A stretch of DNA of 64,000 bases from Candidatus Saccharimonadota bacterium (GCA_016187125.1 JACPKF010000001.1:38931-102930); one strand, 5' to 3'. Shown: positions 15,777-24,227, counted from the stretch's first letter. A program made the numbers and translations. Notes: generated by a model from the letters alone, not told the origin.

Positions 15777-16658
15777 CTACCTAACTAAATTAACTGCTAG
15801 CTTAAGCAGTATCAGACGTGGTGCGACATTGGCTTCTAAGGTTTCTTGCAACTCTTGAACTAGCTTTCGTGAATTTAACAATTTCTGGGCTTGGGCAGCG
15901 TTGTTTTTAGAGATAGCAACGATATACAAAGCCACTAGCAATCTGCTTAGTCCATCTAAAAAAGCCGCCAAACGTTTTTTGTCCTTAGCCAACTGCTCAA
16001 TTCCTAGTAGGCGCTGATATGTGTTTTGACGAAGAAATGCCTTAGACTCATTAATTGCTTGTTTCAATAGGTGGCCGCTGTCTTCGGTCAAAAGAGCCGT
16101 GAGAAGACCAATTCTGCCTTGAGCCAGTTGCCAAGCCGTATCCACTGTTTCTTTAGCAAACTGGTCTTGATAGTAACTTTGAGCCTGGCTGGCACTAATA
16201 GCCTTTACGTTGAGTTGCTGAGTCCGCGAAACTATAGTCGGTAGTAAATTGTGTTCAGAGCTAGTAGTTAAAATAAAAATAGTCTCGGCACTCGGTTCCT
16301 CCAAGATTTTTAGCATGGCATTGCTGCCTTCATCGTTTAAATCTTCAGCATCTTCGATGATGATTACTCGTCTAATATCGCGCCTTCCCGGAGTTTTTAG
16401 CTTTAGTTGTTTTATCAGTGCCCTTATCTGTTCAATGGCAATATTTTGCTTGTCCTTGGGTCTTTTGACATGAATAAAATAAGGATAATTGGCTAACTTA
16501 TCGCCTGACACTATTCCTAGAAGATTGATAGCTACTTCTTTGGCAAGTGTAAATTTGCCACTTCCGACTGGTCCGACTATCAAAAGCGCGTGAGAAGGGT
16601 GCTTAATGAAATTTTTAAGCTGCTTTTCGGTGTGAGGGTGTAGTAAAACTGATTTCAT
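15777..16658 (-). CDS. holB: DNA polymerase III delta-prime-like clamp-loader subunit
   Basis: HALLIVGPVGSGKFTLAKEVA P-loop, IIIEDAEDLNDEGSNAMLKILEEP, and SRTQ (sensor motif). Confidence 0.75.
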   Translation of the reverse strand: MKSVLLHPHTEKQLKNFIKHPSHALLIVGPVGSGKFTLAKEVAINLLGIVSGDKLANYPYFIHVKRPKDKQNIAIEQIRALIKQLKLKTPGRRDIRRVIIIEDAEDLNDEGSNAMLKILEEPSAETIFILTTSSEHNLLPTIVSRTQQLNVKAISASQAQSYYQDQFAKETVDTAWQLAQGRIGLLTALLTEDSGHLLKQAINESKAFLRQNTYQRLLGIEQLAKDKKRLAAFLDGLSRLLVALYIVAISKNNAAQAQKLLNSRKLVQELQETLEANVAPRLILLKLAVNLVR

Positions 16659-17533
16659 GAACCTATAAATTCCATAAATTTTTTTGGCGGGTTAGCTTCA
16701 AAAGGCTTTTTTATTCCGTTAGGCAATGTTAATTCCAGTGACTTTGCGTGTAGCATTAGCGGTCCGTTGCCTTTGCCATAAACTGGGTCGCCGACAATTG
16801 GATGACCAACGTACTTTAAATGAACACGCAGCTGATGGGTTCTACCGGTTTGGGGATTTAACTCGAGCAGTGAATAGTTCTTTTTACCTTTGGTAAAATT
16901 TTTTATAACTTTATATTTTGTTTGTGCTGACTTTCCTTGTGAACCGACTCTAAAGGTTTGAGGTTTTTTGGGGTTACGTTCGATCGGCGCGTCAATGATT
17001 GCTTCATTCGGACTTACTGGGCCCGTAACAACGGCTAAATAAGTTTTCTTAGCCTTTCGAGTCGAAAACTGTTTTTGCAGCCACTTCAGCGCCCTTTCGC
17101 TCTTGGCAGTAATTATCACGCCGCTGGTAGCCCGGTCCAATCTATGTACTATCCCTGCCCTGGTGCCGCCTAGCAGTGGATCATTGAGTTTGTTCTTTAT
17201 AAAACTAGCCACGGTGGCCTCAGTGTTTAAAGCCCCCTTACTATGAGTTAAAACTCCAGCTGGCTTATTGAGCACAAGAACATCGTCATCTTCATAAAGT
17301 AAAGGCAGCTCAATAGTCTCCGGTTCGGCCGATAAGCTAATGTCATCAATTTTGACCACGTCACCTGAGCGCAGTTTATAACTAGCTTTTGCTATTTTAT
17401 TATTTATCGTCACATACTCAGGAAAAAGTTTTTTTAATGACGAGCGACTATAGTTTTGCAGTTTTTGACTTACCAAAATATCAGCTCTGGTGCCTACATC
17501 CTTTTCTTTAACGACGAAGCTTTCCACGCCCAT
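16655..17533 (-). CDS. RluA-family 23S rRNA pseudouridine synthase (RluD-like, N-terminal S4 domain)
   Basis: Catalytic HRLDRATSGVIITAKS and GRTHQLRVHLKYVGHPIVGDPVYG. Confidence 0.85.
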   Translation of the reverse strand: MGVESFVVKEKDVGTRADILVSQKLQNYSRSSLKKLFPEYVTINNKIAKASYKLRSGDVVKIDDISLSAEPETIELPLLYEDDDVLVLNKPAGVLTHSKGALNTEATVASFIKNKLNDPLLGGTRAGIVHRLDRATSGVIITAKSERALKWLQKQFSTRKAKKTYLAVVTGPVSPNEAIIDAPIERNPKKPQTFRVGSQGKSAQTKYKVIKNFTKGKKNYSLLELNPQTGRTHQLRVHLKYVGHPIVGDPVYGKGNGPLMLHAKSLELTLPNGIKKPFEANPPKKFMEFIGS

Positions 17534-18571
17534 CTAGGCGGGCCTTAATCCCACCGCTTTTTGGACTTTGAGTAATGTCTTGTTGGCAGCTTTATTTATA
17601 GCAAGTTCATCGGCCTCCAGTTTTTGCATTAGCTTTGTCTCGTCAACTGTGGCTAATTTTGCTTGGAAGTCCGTCAAGAAGCTTTTTATAGCCTCGGCTA
17701 CAACCGATTTTAGCTCGCCGTAGCTATCCTTGCCTTCCCATTGTGAATTAACCTCTGACTGTGGCTTGCCAGACAGAAGAGCCAAAATTTGCAGAAGGTT
17801 GGCTACACCTGGCTGTTTTTCAAAATCGAAATTAATACTTCCTATAGAATCCGTGGTTGCTCGCTGAATTTTAGCGGCTGCTGCCTCGGGAGTATCGGTT
17901 AAGAAAATAACACCGTTGCCGTTTTCGCCGCTTTTGCTCATTTTTTTAGTTGGGTCAAGCAGATCGCGAATACGTAATCCCTGATCCTTCTTAAAAAACT
18001 TGTGTTGCTCGGTCACCGGCTTGGGAACGACGAACAACCGCTGCTTGAACTTACGGTTCATGTGCTCAGCAATGTCACGCATAAACTCTAAATGTTGCGT
18101 CTGATCATCGCCGACTGGCACATAAAGTACGTCATAAAGTAGCACATCAGATGCCATTAGGACCGGGTAATTGAACAGGCCGACATTGACCTTGTTCTGC
18201 CCGACTTTTTTTGACTTGTCTTTAAATTCCGTCATACGGCTAATTTGTCCCATGCCTGTAAAACAGTCTAAAATCCAAGCTAGTTCAGAGTGAGCGGGAA
18301 TATAGCTCTGGCGGAAAACCCGAATATTTGGATGATCAAGCGGCAGACCGGCTGCCACGAAAACTTTTAAGTTTTCCATGATTTGTGATTGCAGTTTCGA
18401 ATGGTCAATCGGCGTTGTAAAGCTATGTAGGTCGGCCACCATCAGATCAATCTCAAAGTCACTGGCGTGGTGGTTGGATATGTCAACAATTGCCAGCAAA
18501 GCACCAAAGTAATTACCAATATGCAAATCATTGTTAGCTCGAAGACCTGTGAAAATTACCTCTTTTGCCAT
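17534..18571 (-). CDS. trpS: tryptophan--tRNA ligase
   Basis: TGLRANNDLHIGNYFGAL (HIGH-type motif) and KKMSKSG (KMSKS motif), 345 aa. Confidence 0.9.
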   Translation of the reverse strand: MAKEVIFTGLRANNDLHIGNYFGALLAIVDISNHHASDFEIDLMVADLHSFTTPIDHSKLQSQIMENLKVFVAAGLPLDHPNIRVFRQSYIPAHSELAWILDCFTGMGQISRMTEFKDKSKKVGQNKVNVGLFNYPVLMASDVLLYDVLYVPVGDDQTQHLEFMRDIAEHMNRKFKQRLFVVPKPVTEQHKFFKKDQGLRIRDLLDPTKKMSKSGENGNGVIFLTDTPEAAAAKIQRATTDSIGSINFDFEKQPGVANLLQILALLSGKPQSEVNSQWEGKDSYGELKSVVAEAIKSFLTDFQAKLATVDETKLMQKLEADELAINKAANKTLLKVQKAVGLRPA

Positions 18572-18590
18572 TAGTTAAAATTATACCTTA

Positions 18591-18803
18591 CTAACAAAAA
18601 TTGTTTTGTTCTGTGAGTTTTATACGAACTGCTTCGTCGCGGGCATCAATATCAAAAACTACGCCCGTAAACAGACTGCCCAAGATTTCTTTCGGTTGAA
18701 CGACTTCAATAACAGGATCTTCGCGTCTCTCTTCAAAAGTATTTATCTCAGGTCCACTATTCTTTATATATAATTCCTTTCTTAAATTTGAAAAAACCGC
18801 CAT
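18591..18803 (-). CDS. hypothetical 70-aa protein
   Basis: ORF on the operon strand with no family recognised. Confidence 0.3.
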   Translation of the reverse strand: MAVFSNLRKELYIKNSGPEINTFEERREDPVIEVVQPKEILGSLFTGVVFDIDARDEAVRIKLTEQNNFC

Positions 18804-18889
18804 TCTGGCTGGTCCTTGTCAGCAATACCGCCACGAAAGGGTGGATTGACAATAGTAGAATTTATTGAATTTGCTACTCATGATTTTTC

Positions 18890-19132
18890 CTATGCAGTGA
18901 TTGCGACAAAATCCGTAGCGCCTCCCATTTCTCGGTAGGCTACAAAACCCATTAATTCGGGCACCGACAACTCACCAAATGCTTTAGGAACATCACCTTT
19001 TTTCATTAGTCGTTCTCTTGCCAGTAGCTCAGGCTCAGGCAGTGCGCCCAGTATACGCAGAGCGCCCACCTGCAACCGCCTATCGCTTAAACCTTGGTTT
19101 GGATGTTCCTTTCTTCCGAAAAATTTTGACAC
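18890..19132 (-). CDS. hypothetical 80-aa protein
   Basis: GTG start with AAGGAG 7 nt upstream. No family recognised. Confidence 0.4.
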   Translation of the reverse strand: MSKFFGRKEHPNQGLSDRRLQVGALRILGALPEPELLARERLMKKGDVPKAFGELSVPELMGFVAYREMGGATDFVAITA

Positions 19133-19151
19133 CTTTTACTCCTTCTAAACG

Positions 19152-19174
19152 AAAAAAACCGCCTGGTGGCGGTT
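19152..19174 (-). terminator. Rho-independent terminator
   Basis: In minus sense, AACCGCC-ACCA-GGCGGTT is followed by TTTTTTT. Confidence 0.65.
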
Positions 19175-19198
19175 ATCGTTTATTGCTTCTTTAGTTAT

Positions 19199-19273
19199 TT
19201 ATGAGTGCCAAGAACAAACCGCCAAGCGAGTTGGTGTAAACCAATATGCAAGAACAGCTAGTACCTTACTCAT
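19199..19273 (-). CDS. candidate 24-aa hydrophobic peptide (MSKVLAVLAYWFTPTRLAVCSWHS), or the body of a roughly 120-nt sRNA
   Basis: Lies between its own TTGACA-17-TATATT promoter and the terminator at 19152-19174. No SD, and the ATG is 8 nt after the -10 element. Confidence 0.25.
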   Translation of the reverse strand: MSKVLAVLAYWFTPTRLAVCSWHS

Positions 19274-19281
19274 TGCCGTTG

Positions 19282-19310
19282 AATATATAGATTGAGCCGT
19301 TTCCTGTCAA
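19282..19310 (-). promoter_or_regulatory. promoter TTGACA-17-TATATT (minus strand)
   Basis: Plus-strand TGTCAA at 19305-19310 and AATATA at 19282-19287, with a 17-nt spacer. Confidence 0.5.
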
Positions 19311-19312
19311 GC

Positions 19313-19358
19313 CGAAAAATATCCCCTATTAGCTCACGATCGTGAGCTAATAGGGGAT
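19313..19358 (-). terminator. 38-nt perfect palindrome plus U-tract; rplM-rpsI operon terminator
   Basis: ATCCCCTATTAGCTCACGA/TCGTGAGCTAATAGGGGAT, followed in minus sense by ATTTTTCGG. Confidence 0.65.
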
Positions 19359-19433
19359 CTGCATATAATTTTTTGTCGAGATGTGCCTTGAGTTATGCTG
19401 GTTAACAAGATTAGAAAAGTCGTTCGTCTTTGG

Positions 19434-19832
19434 CTAGCGTTTGGTGAATTGGCGTTGCTTGCGTGCCCCACGCAGGCCGAACTTTTTGCGTTCTTTTTCT
19501 CTGGGGTCACGTCCGAGTAATTCTGCTCGTTTTAGGGTGGCTTTATAATCTTCGTTTAGCTCCACCAAGGCCTTAGAAATACCTAGTCGTATAGCATCTA
19601 CTTGACTGGCATGGCCACCGCCGTTAACCTTAACGCTAATCATATATTTATCAGGGTCAATTTCCAAAATTGTGAACGGTTTGACTAGTTCATTATATAA
19701 ATATTTACTACCGGCAAAGTACTCGGTGACGGGCCTATCATTAACAATCAAAGCGCCTTTGCCGGTCGCAAGCCTGACACGGGCTGTAGCACTTTTGCGC
19801 CTTCCAAGGGCATAAAAATAACTAGATGCCAT
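19434..19832 (-). CDS. rpsI: 30S ribosomal protein S9
   Basis: MASSYFYALGRRKSATARVRL...RKQRQFTKR. Start re-called to the ATG at 19832, with AAGGGAG upstream. Confidence 0.9.
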   Translation of the reverse strand: MASSYFYALGRRKSATARVRLATGKGALIVNDRPVTEYFAGSKYLYNELVKPFTILEIDPDKYMISVKVNGGGHASQVDAIRLGISKALVELNEDYKATLKRAELLGRDPREKERKKFGLRGARKQRQFTKR

Positions 19833-19915
19833 AGGAAGCTCCCTTCGGTCGCTTAAATAACAATAAGCAATCAACAGTAAACATGTTTGTTATTTTTTTG
19901 CTTATTGCTTTTTGC
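19833..19915 (-). repeat. rplM-rpsI spacer, family D hairpin (AACAATAAGCAA / TTGCTTATTGCT around AAACATGTTT)
   Basis: Arms are complementary at 11 of 12 positions. The right arm runs into the rplM stop. Confidence 0.6.
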
Positions 19916-20374
19916 TTATTGCTCATTGTCTTTAGCCCTGCCTTTCTTTGGCTCAAACTTTTGAGGATTTTGAGCGTTGTGATGATGCTCATTACCGGCA
20001 TAGATTTTTAAACGATCCAAACGGGCTTTACGTAGTTTATTTACTGGCAGCATCCCTCTTACAGAATGCCTAATAACTTCTACGGAGTCTTTTTTAATGC
20101 TTTCTTCTAAGGTCCTCTTATATAAACCTCCGGGAAATCCGCTGTGACGGTAATATGTTTTCCCTCTCAGTTTATTACCAGTAGTAATTAGTGAATCAGC
20201 ATTTATTATAATTACGTAATCCCCAACATCAATGTGAGACGTTATAGTCGGTTTATCCTTACCGAGTAACAGGCGGGCGGCAATTGTAGAAAGACGGCCT
20301 AAAGGGGTCAAAGAAGCGTCCAGAATGTGCCAGACACGCGATACATCAGTTGGCTTGGCGCTATAAGTCTTCAC
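19916..20374 (-). CDS. rplM: 50S ribosomal protein L13
   Basis: MKTYSAKPTDVSRVWHILDASLTPLGRLSTIAARLLLGKDKP is typical L13. It carries a short basic C-terminal tail. Confidence 0.9.
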   Translation of the reverse strand: MKTYSAKPTDVSRVWHILDASLTPLGRLSTIAARLLLGKDKPTITSHIDVGDYVIIINADSLITTGNKLRGKTYYRHSGFPGGLYKRTLEESIKKDSVEVIRHSVRGMLPVNKLRKARLDRLKIYAGNEHHHNAQNPQKFEPKKGRAKDNEQ

Positions 20375-20492
20375 ACTACTCCTTCGGAGCCATTAACCAT
20401 TAGCCATTTACTATTTACCGCGCATTGACCATTAGCCATGAGCCATGGACTAACGGTGAATGGATAACGTATGGTGAACGGTGACGTAGTCA
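20375..20492 (-). repeat. rplQ-rplM spacer, family A (CCATTA/CCATTT arm and GGTGAA/GGTGAACGG arm)
   Basis: CCATTAACCATTAGCCATTTACTATTTACC...AACGGTGAATGGATAACGTATGGTGAACGGTGA. Confidence 0.7.
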
Positions 20493-21038
20493 TTACCTGT
20501 TGCCCCTTCTGCCGGTTCGCCGGGCGGCTTGGGTGACAGCAGTCTTAGCGCTGATCTTTTGCTTATCACTAAGGATTGTTGCTTGGGGCTTAGCTGTAGC
20601 CGATTTCTCGGTTTTAGTATGACTTTTAGTGGTCACTTTTTCCGCAGTTTTGAGTGTTTTATCGTCGCTTTTTATCGACAAGTCATCAACAAAACTGACT
20701 TTGGCCATTTGGGCGTTGTCACCGCGCCTGGATTCGGTTGAGGTCACCCTAAAGTAGCCACTGTTGCGGCCGACTAACCTGGGTGAAAGTTCATCAACTA
20801 ATTTGTGAGCTGCTTCGAGTGTAGCTAAGGAACTAATAACCTGACGTCGATTATGCAAATCGCCTTTTTTAGCCTTGGATATAAGTTTTTCCATATGCGA
20901 AACAACAGCTTTAGCTTTTGGCAGGGTTGTTTGGATTGAGCCTTGCAAAATCAGACTATCGGCTAGTGACTTCATAAGGGCTCGTCTTTGGTCGCGCTGC
21001 CTACCAAATTTCGCGCCTTTGTATCCATGTCTATGCAT
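20493..21038 (-). CDS. rplQ: 50S ribosomal protein L17 with about 60-aa C-terminal extension
   Basis: MHRHGYKGAKFGRQRDQRRALMKSLADSLI. Start re-called to the ATG at 21038, with GGAG upstream. Confidence 0.88.
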   Translation of the reverse strand: MHRHGYKGAKFGRQRDQRRALMKSLADSLILQGSIQTTLPKAKAVVSHMEKLISKAKKGDLHNRRQVISSLATLEAAHKLVDELSPRLVGRNSGYFRVTSTESRRGDNAQMAKVSFVDDLSIKSDDKTLKTAEKVTTKSHTKTEKSATAKPQATILSDKQKISAKTAVTQAARRTGRRGNR

Positions 21039-21146
21039 TAGCGAACTCCGTTCGCAGTAGTAAGTAGTAAGTAGTAAGTAGTAAGCCAGCCACAAAGCTG
21101 CTTTTTATTTGCCTATTGCTTACTACTTCTTGCTTTTTACGCATTT
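21039..21146 (-). repeat. rpoA-rplQ spacer, family D (four AGTAAGT repeats and a GCTTACTAC arm)
   Basis: AGTAGTAAGTAGTAAGTAGTAAGTAGTAAGC...GCTTACTACTTCTTGC. Confidence 0.65.
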
Positions 21147-22091
21147 TTAGAGTTCCAGCTCGGACATTTTCTCTTTAACTTCATCTAAAGCCTTGTTACC
21201 AAAACCTTTAAGATCACGCAGTTCGGCTTCACTCAGAGATAGCAAGTCTTTAATAGTTTGTATTTCATTATTAACTAGAGCGTTTGTGGTGCGGGCGCTT
21301 AAATTGAGATCCTCAATTGACGTCATGAGTTCGGCTGGTTCATCTGTCTCGGTTTGCGTAGAATCTACTTCGCTACCATTAAACAAGCTACCAGCTTCTA
21401 CCTTGGTCTGGCCGGCCAGAGCCGTGTATTGATTAACTAATATGGCTGAGGCTTCTTCAAAAGCGTCCCTAGGCGTAATTGAGCCGTCTGTGTCAACGGT
21501 CAGAAGCAATTTATCAAGATCAGTCATTTGGCCTACACGGGTGTTCTCGACTTTGTAGCGTACTCTAAGAACGGGCGTAAACAAGGCATCAAGCATGATC
21601 ATATCAGTAACTTTTTTGCTGAAGCCTTGTTCGTCTAGAGCCCTATAGCCTCTACCTGTCTCGACTAATATTTCCATCTCGAGCGAAGCCTTAGGGTCAT
21701 CAATCCTGCAAATAATCTGATCTGGGTTAACTACTTCCACGTCAGCGTTGAGTTGCAAGTCTTTAGCTTTGACTATACCCTTACCTTTTTTAGATAGTCG
21801 TAATTCTTGCGGCTCATCACTAAAAACTCGGAAGCGTATAGATTTAAGATTCAACATAATAGCTACAACATCTTCTTTAATACCTGAGATAGTTGTAAAT
21901 TCGTGGCTAATGCCTTGGACTCTAAAGCCAGTCACTGCGGCTCCGGCAATTGATGATAGCAGGACCCGTCTTAGACTATTACCAAGCGTCATGCCGTAAC
22001 CAGGATGCAGTGGTTCGATGGTGAATGTGGCGCTAGTCGGGTGATGGTCTATTACTGCGCCCAGGCTTGGTGTGTGAATAAGTTTACTCAT
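21147..22091 (-). CDS. rpoA: DNA-directed RNA polymerase subunit alpha
   Basis: 314 aa with N-terminal FTIEPLHPGYGMTLGNSLRRVLLSSI and a C-terminal alpha-CTD (LNLSARTTNALVNNEIQTIKDLL). Confidence 0.92.
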   Translation of the reverse strand: MSKLIHTPSLGAVIDHHPTSATFTIEPLHPGYGMTLGNSLRRVLLSSIAGAAVTGFRVQGISHEFTTISGIKEDVVAIMLNLKSIRFRVFSDEPQELRLSKKGKGIVKAKDLQLNADVEVVNPDQIICRIDDPKASLEMEILVETGRGYRALDEQGFSKKVTDMIMLDALFTPVLRVRYKVENTRVGQMTDLDKLLLTVDTDGSITPRDAFEEASAILVNQYTALAGQTKVEAGSLFNGSEVDSTQTETDEPAELMTSIEDLNLSARTTNALVNNEIQTIKDLLSLSEAELRDLKGFGNKALDEVKEKMSELEL

Positions 22092-22111
22092 AATGTTATC
22101 TACTTGCCTCC

Positions 22112-22732
22112 TTAACGCGAGTAGTACTCAATAATTAATTGTTCTTTAATATCAGATTCAGCATCATCTCTTGAAGGTAATCCATTAACGGATAGTTGTA
22201 CTTGCTTGCGGTCGACTTTGATCCAGGTCGGAGTGGATGGTGCCGGTGGGCTTAGCTCGTCAAGATGTTTAAAATATTCGTTCTTTTTGGCATGAGCATG
22301 TAAGGTAATCTTGTCGCCAACCTTAACTCGGATGGATGGAATATCTACTCGGCGGCCATTAAGCATGAAATGGCCATGTGTTACCAGCTGTCTGGCTGCT
22401 CGCCGACTTACGGCAAGGCCACTGCGGTAAATAACATTATCGAGTCGTCGTTCCAAAAATTCTAGCAGCATGGTCCCGGACTGACCTTTTCTACGGACCG
22501 CTTCCTCTAAAAGATTGGCGAATTGTTTTTCAAGTAAACCGTAAAGGCGTTTAACCTTTTGCTTTTCACGAAGCTGTAAACCGTATTGGCTAGATTTAGT
22601 GCGTCTGTAAGTCTGAGTTCCTTGCTGGCCTGGAGGTCCTACGCGCTTGACAAGAACTTTATGAGCTTTGGGGTGAAGTGCATAACTTTCACGACGAGAT
22701 TGCTTGACTATTGAGCTTAAATCTCTGGCCAT
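22112..22732 (-). CDS. rpsD: 30S ribosomal protein S4
   Basis: MARDLSSIVKQSRRESYALHPKAHK. S4 domain reads LDNVIYRSGLAVSRRAARQLVTHGHFMLNGRRVDIPS. Start re-called to 22732, with GGAGG upstream. Confidence 0.9.
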   Translation of the reverse strand: MARDLSSIVKQSRRESYALHPKAHKVLVKRVGPPGQQGTQTYRRTKSSQYGLQLREKQKVKRLYGLLEKQFANLLEEAVRRKGQSGTMLLEFLERRLDNVIYRSGLAVSRRAARQLVTHGHFMLNGRRVDIPSIRVKVGDKITLHAHAKKNEYFKHLDELSPPAPSTPTWIKVDRKQVQLSVNGLPSRDDAESDIKEQLIIEYYSR

Positions 22733-22892
22733 CAGGCAACCTCCGGTTGCAGCAATAAGCCCGCCTTTGCCATGGCTACGGCGGATAGACAATAAGCAAT
22801 AAGCCATAAGCCAGTCCGTTTAAGCGGACTGCTAAGTTGCAATCCTTTTTGCATTTTGCATTTTGCATTTTGCTGAAAAATGTTGAGCATTT
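22733..22892 (-). repeat. rpsK-rpsD spacer containing the 60-nt repeat copy (22748-22812), a GTCCGTTTAAGCGGAC hairpin and three GCATTTT repeats
   Basis: 22748-22812 is near-identical to 23875-23938. Confidence 0.75.
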
Positions 22893-23360
22893 TTAGTTCC
22901 TCTTCGCCTTCCGTGGCCTAACACCTCCATGTGGTGTGCCGGTAACATCTCTGATGTTATCCACGCTAATCTGTCTGGCAACCAAAGTCCTTATAGCCGC
23001 CTCGCGGCCCATGCCAATTCCATTGACAAACACATCTACTTTGCTGACGCCATAAGTTTTGGCAGTTTCTACAGCCTTTTCGGCGGCTATTTGGGCTGCG
23101 TAAGCTGTACCTTTTTTAGAACCACGGAAGCCGCAGCTACCAGCACTGGCAGCTGCGAGGGTATTTCCCTGGATATCCGTAACAGTAATTATAGTGTTAT
23201 TAAAAGTAGCCAAGACATGGACTTGTCCTTGGGTAACAGTCCGGCGATGCTTCTTTTTCTTAACAGTCTTTGGTCTTGTGTCTATAGACGTTTCTTCGGG
23301 TTGGTTACTTTTGCCAACTACTTCTTTTACTTCATCTACGGTAGCTATCTTATCTGCCAT
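22893..23360 (-). CDS. rpsK: 30S ribosomal protein S11 with about 30-aa N-terminal extension
   Basis: GQVHVLATFNNTIITVTDIQGNTLAAASAGSCGFRGSKKGTAYAAQ is the S11 core. Preceded by CGACTGGAAGGAG. Confidence 0.9.
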   Translation of the reverse strand: MADKIATVDEVKEVVGKSNQPEETSIDTRPKTVKKKKHRRTVTQGQVHVLATFNNTIITVTDIQGNTLAAASAGSCGFRGSKKGTAYAAQIAAEKAVETAKTYGVSKVDVFVNGIGMGREAAIRTLVARQISVDNIRDVTGTPHGGVRPRKAKRN

Positions 23361-23472
23361 AAGACACTCCTTCCAGTCGCTTTAGCTACTCGCTGAAAGC
23401 TATGAGCTGAGAGCCGAAATGCAGCGGCTAGGGGCACTAAGCTAGGGACTCTAAGCTGATGATTGTAGGCAA
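23361..23472 (-). repeat. rpsM-rpsK spacer, family B
   Basis: In mRNA sense it reads ATGATTGCCTACAATCATCAGCTTAGAGTCCCTAGCTTAG...TAGCTAAAGCGACTGGAAGGAG, homologous to 28406-28525 and 28922-29044. Confidence 0.7.
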
Positions 23473-23859
23473 TCATGTTTTGGCTGCTACCTTCTTAGCA
23501 GTACCGCCAACGGTAATTTTTTTACCTCGTTTTGTACGAGCATTAGTGCGGGTTCTTTGGCCCCTTGTAGGTAGATTGGCTTGATGCCGCAGTCCCCTAT
23601 AAGCCTTAATGTCTTTCAAGCGCTTAATATTACCGGTTACGACCCTCTGAAGTTCACCCTCCACAGTATAGTTATTGGTTATGATCTCCTGGAGTTTTGA
23701 CAGCTCAGAGTCAGTTAGATCTTTGACTCTAACTGTTTGCTCAACTTTAGCGCTTGACAGTATTCTACTGCTTAGCTGCGGCCCAATACCATATATATAA
23801 GTTAGCGCAATTTGCACTTGCTTGTTATCCGGGATATTTACACCAGCCAGTCTAGCCAC
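23473..23859 (-). CDS. rpsM: 30S ribosomal protein S13
   Basis: (M)ARLAGVNIPDNKQVQIALTYIYGIGPQLS. GTG start with GGAG 7 nt upstream. Confidence 0.92.
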   Translation of the reverse strand: MARLAGVNIPDNKQVQIALTYIYGIGPQLSSRILSSAKVEQTVRVKDLTDSELSKLQEIITNNYTVEGELQRVVTGNIKRLKDIKAYRGLRHQANLPTRGQRTRTNARTKRGKKITVGGTAKKVAAKT

Positions 23860-23985
23860 GTGCGAACTCCGTTCGCGGTAATAAGCCCGCCTTTGCCATG
23901 GCTACGGCGGATAGACAATAAGCCATAAGCCATAAGCCTTCTTGCTTTATGCTTCTTGCTCTACGCTTAAAAATGCTACGCATTT
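23860..23985 (-). repeat. rpmJ-rpsM spacer containing the second 60-nt repeat copy (23875-23938)
   Basis: TAATAAGCCCGCCTTTGCCATGGCTACGGCGGATAGACAATAAGCCATAAGCC. Confidence 0.75.
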
Positions 23986-24102
23986 TCAGCCTTGCCTCTG
24001 TTTATGCTTAGGTTTTTTCTTATTAATAATATATACTCGTCCCTTACGGCGGACGACTTTGTCATCCGGACTAATTTTTTTGACGCTAGCACGCACTTTC
24101 AT
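23986..24102 (-). CDS. rpmJ: 50S ribosomal protein L36 (Cys-less, zinc-independent type)
   Basis: Below the ORF-track size cut-off. My translation is [43 protein letters not shown] lies upstream. Confidence 0.85.
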   Translation of the reverse strand: MKVRASVKKISPDDKVVRRKGRVYIINKKKPKHKQRQG

Positions 24103-24227
24103 CCCGTTAGACCTCCGCTCCGCGGCATCCCGTTAGAGGCAAGAATTGGGAAAATTCTGCCGGTTCGCTAATGCGAACCGGGCCTCTAACGGGATTAGGT
24201 CTAACGGGATGAACCCCGTTAGAAGCC
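24101..24227 (-). promoter_or_regulatory. nested inverted-repeat RNA structure overlapping the rpmJ SD/AUG (five copies of CCCGTTAGA/TCTAACGGG)
   Basis: Perfect pairings are 24101-24113 with 24198-24210, 24127-24140 with 24182-24195, and an alternative TCTAACGGG at 24200-24208 with CCCGTTAGA at 24215-24223. Inner hairpins span 24142-24158 and 24160-24181. Confidence 0.6.
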
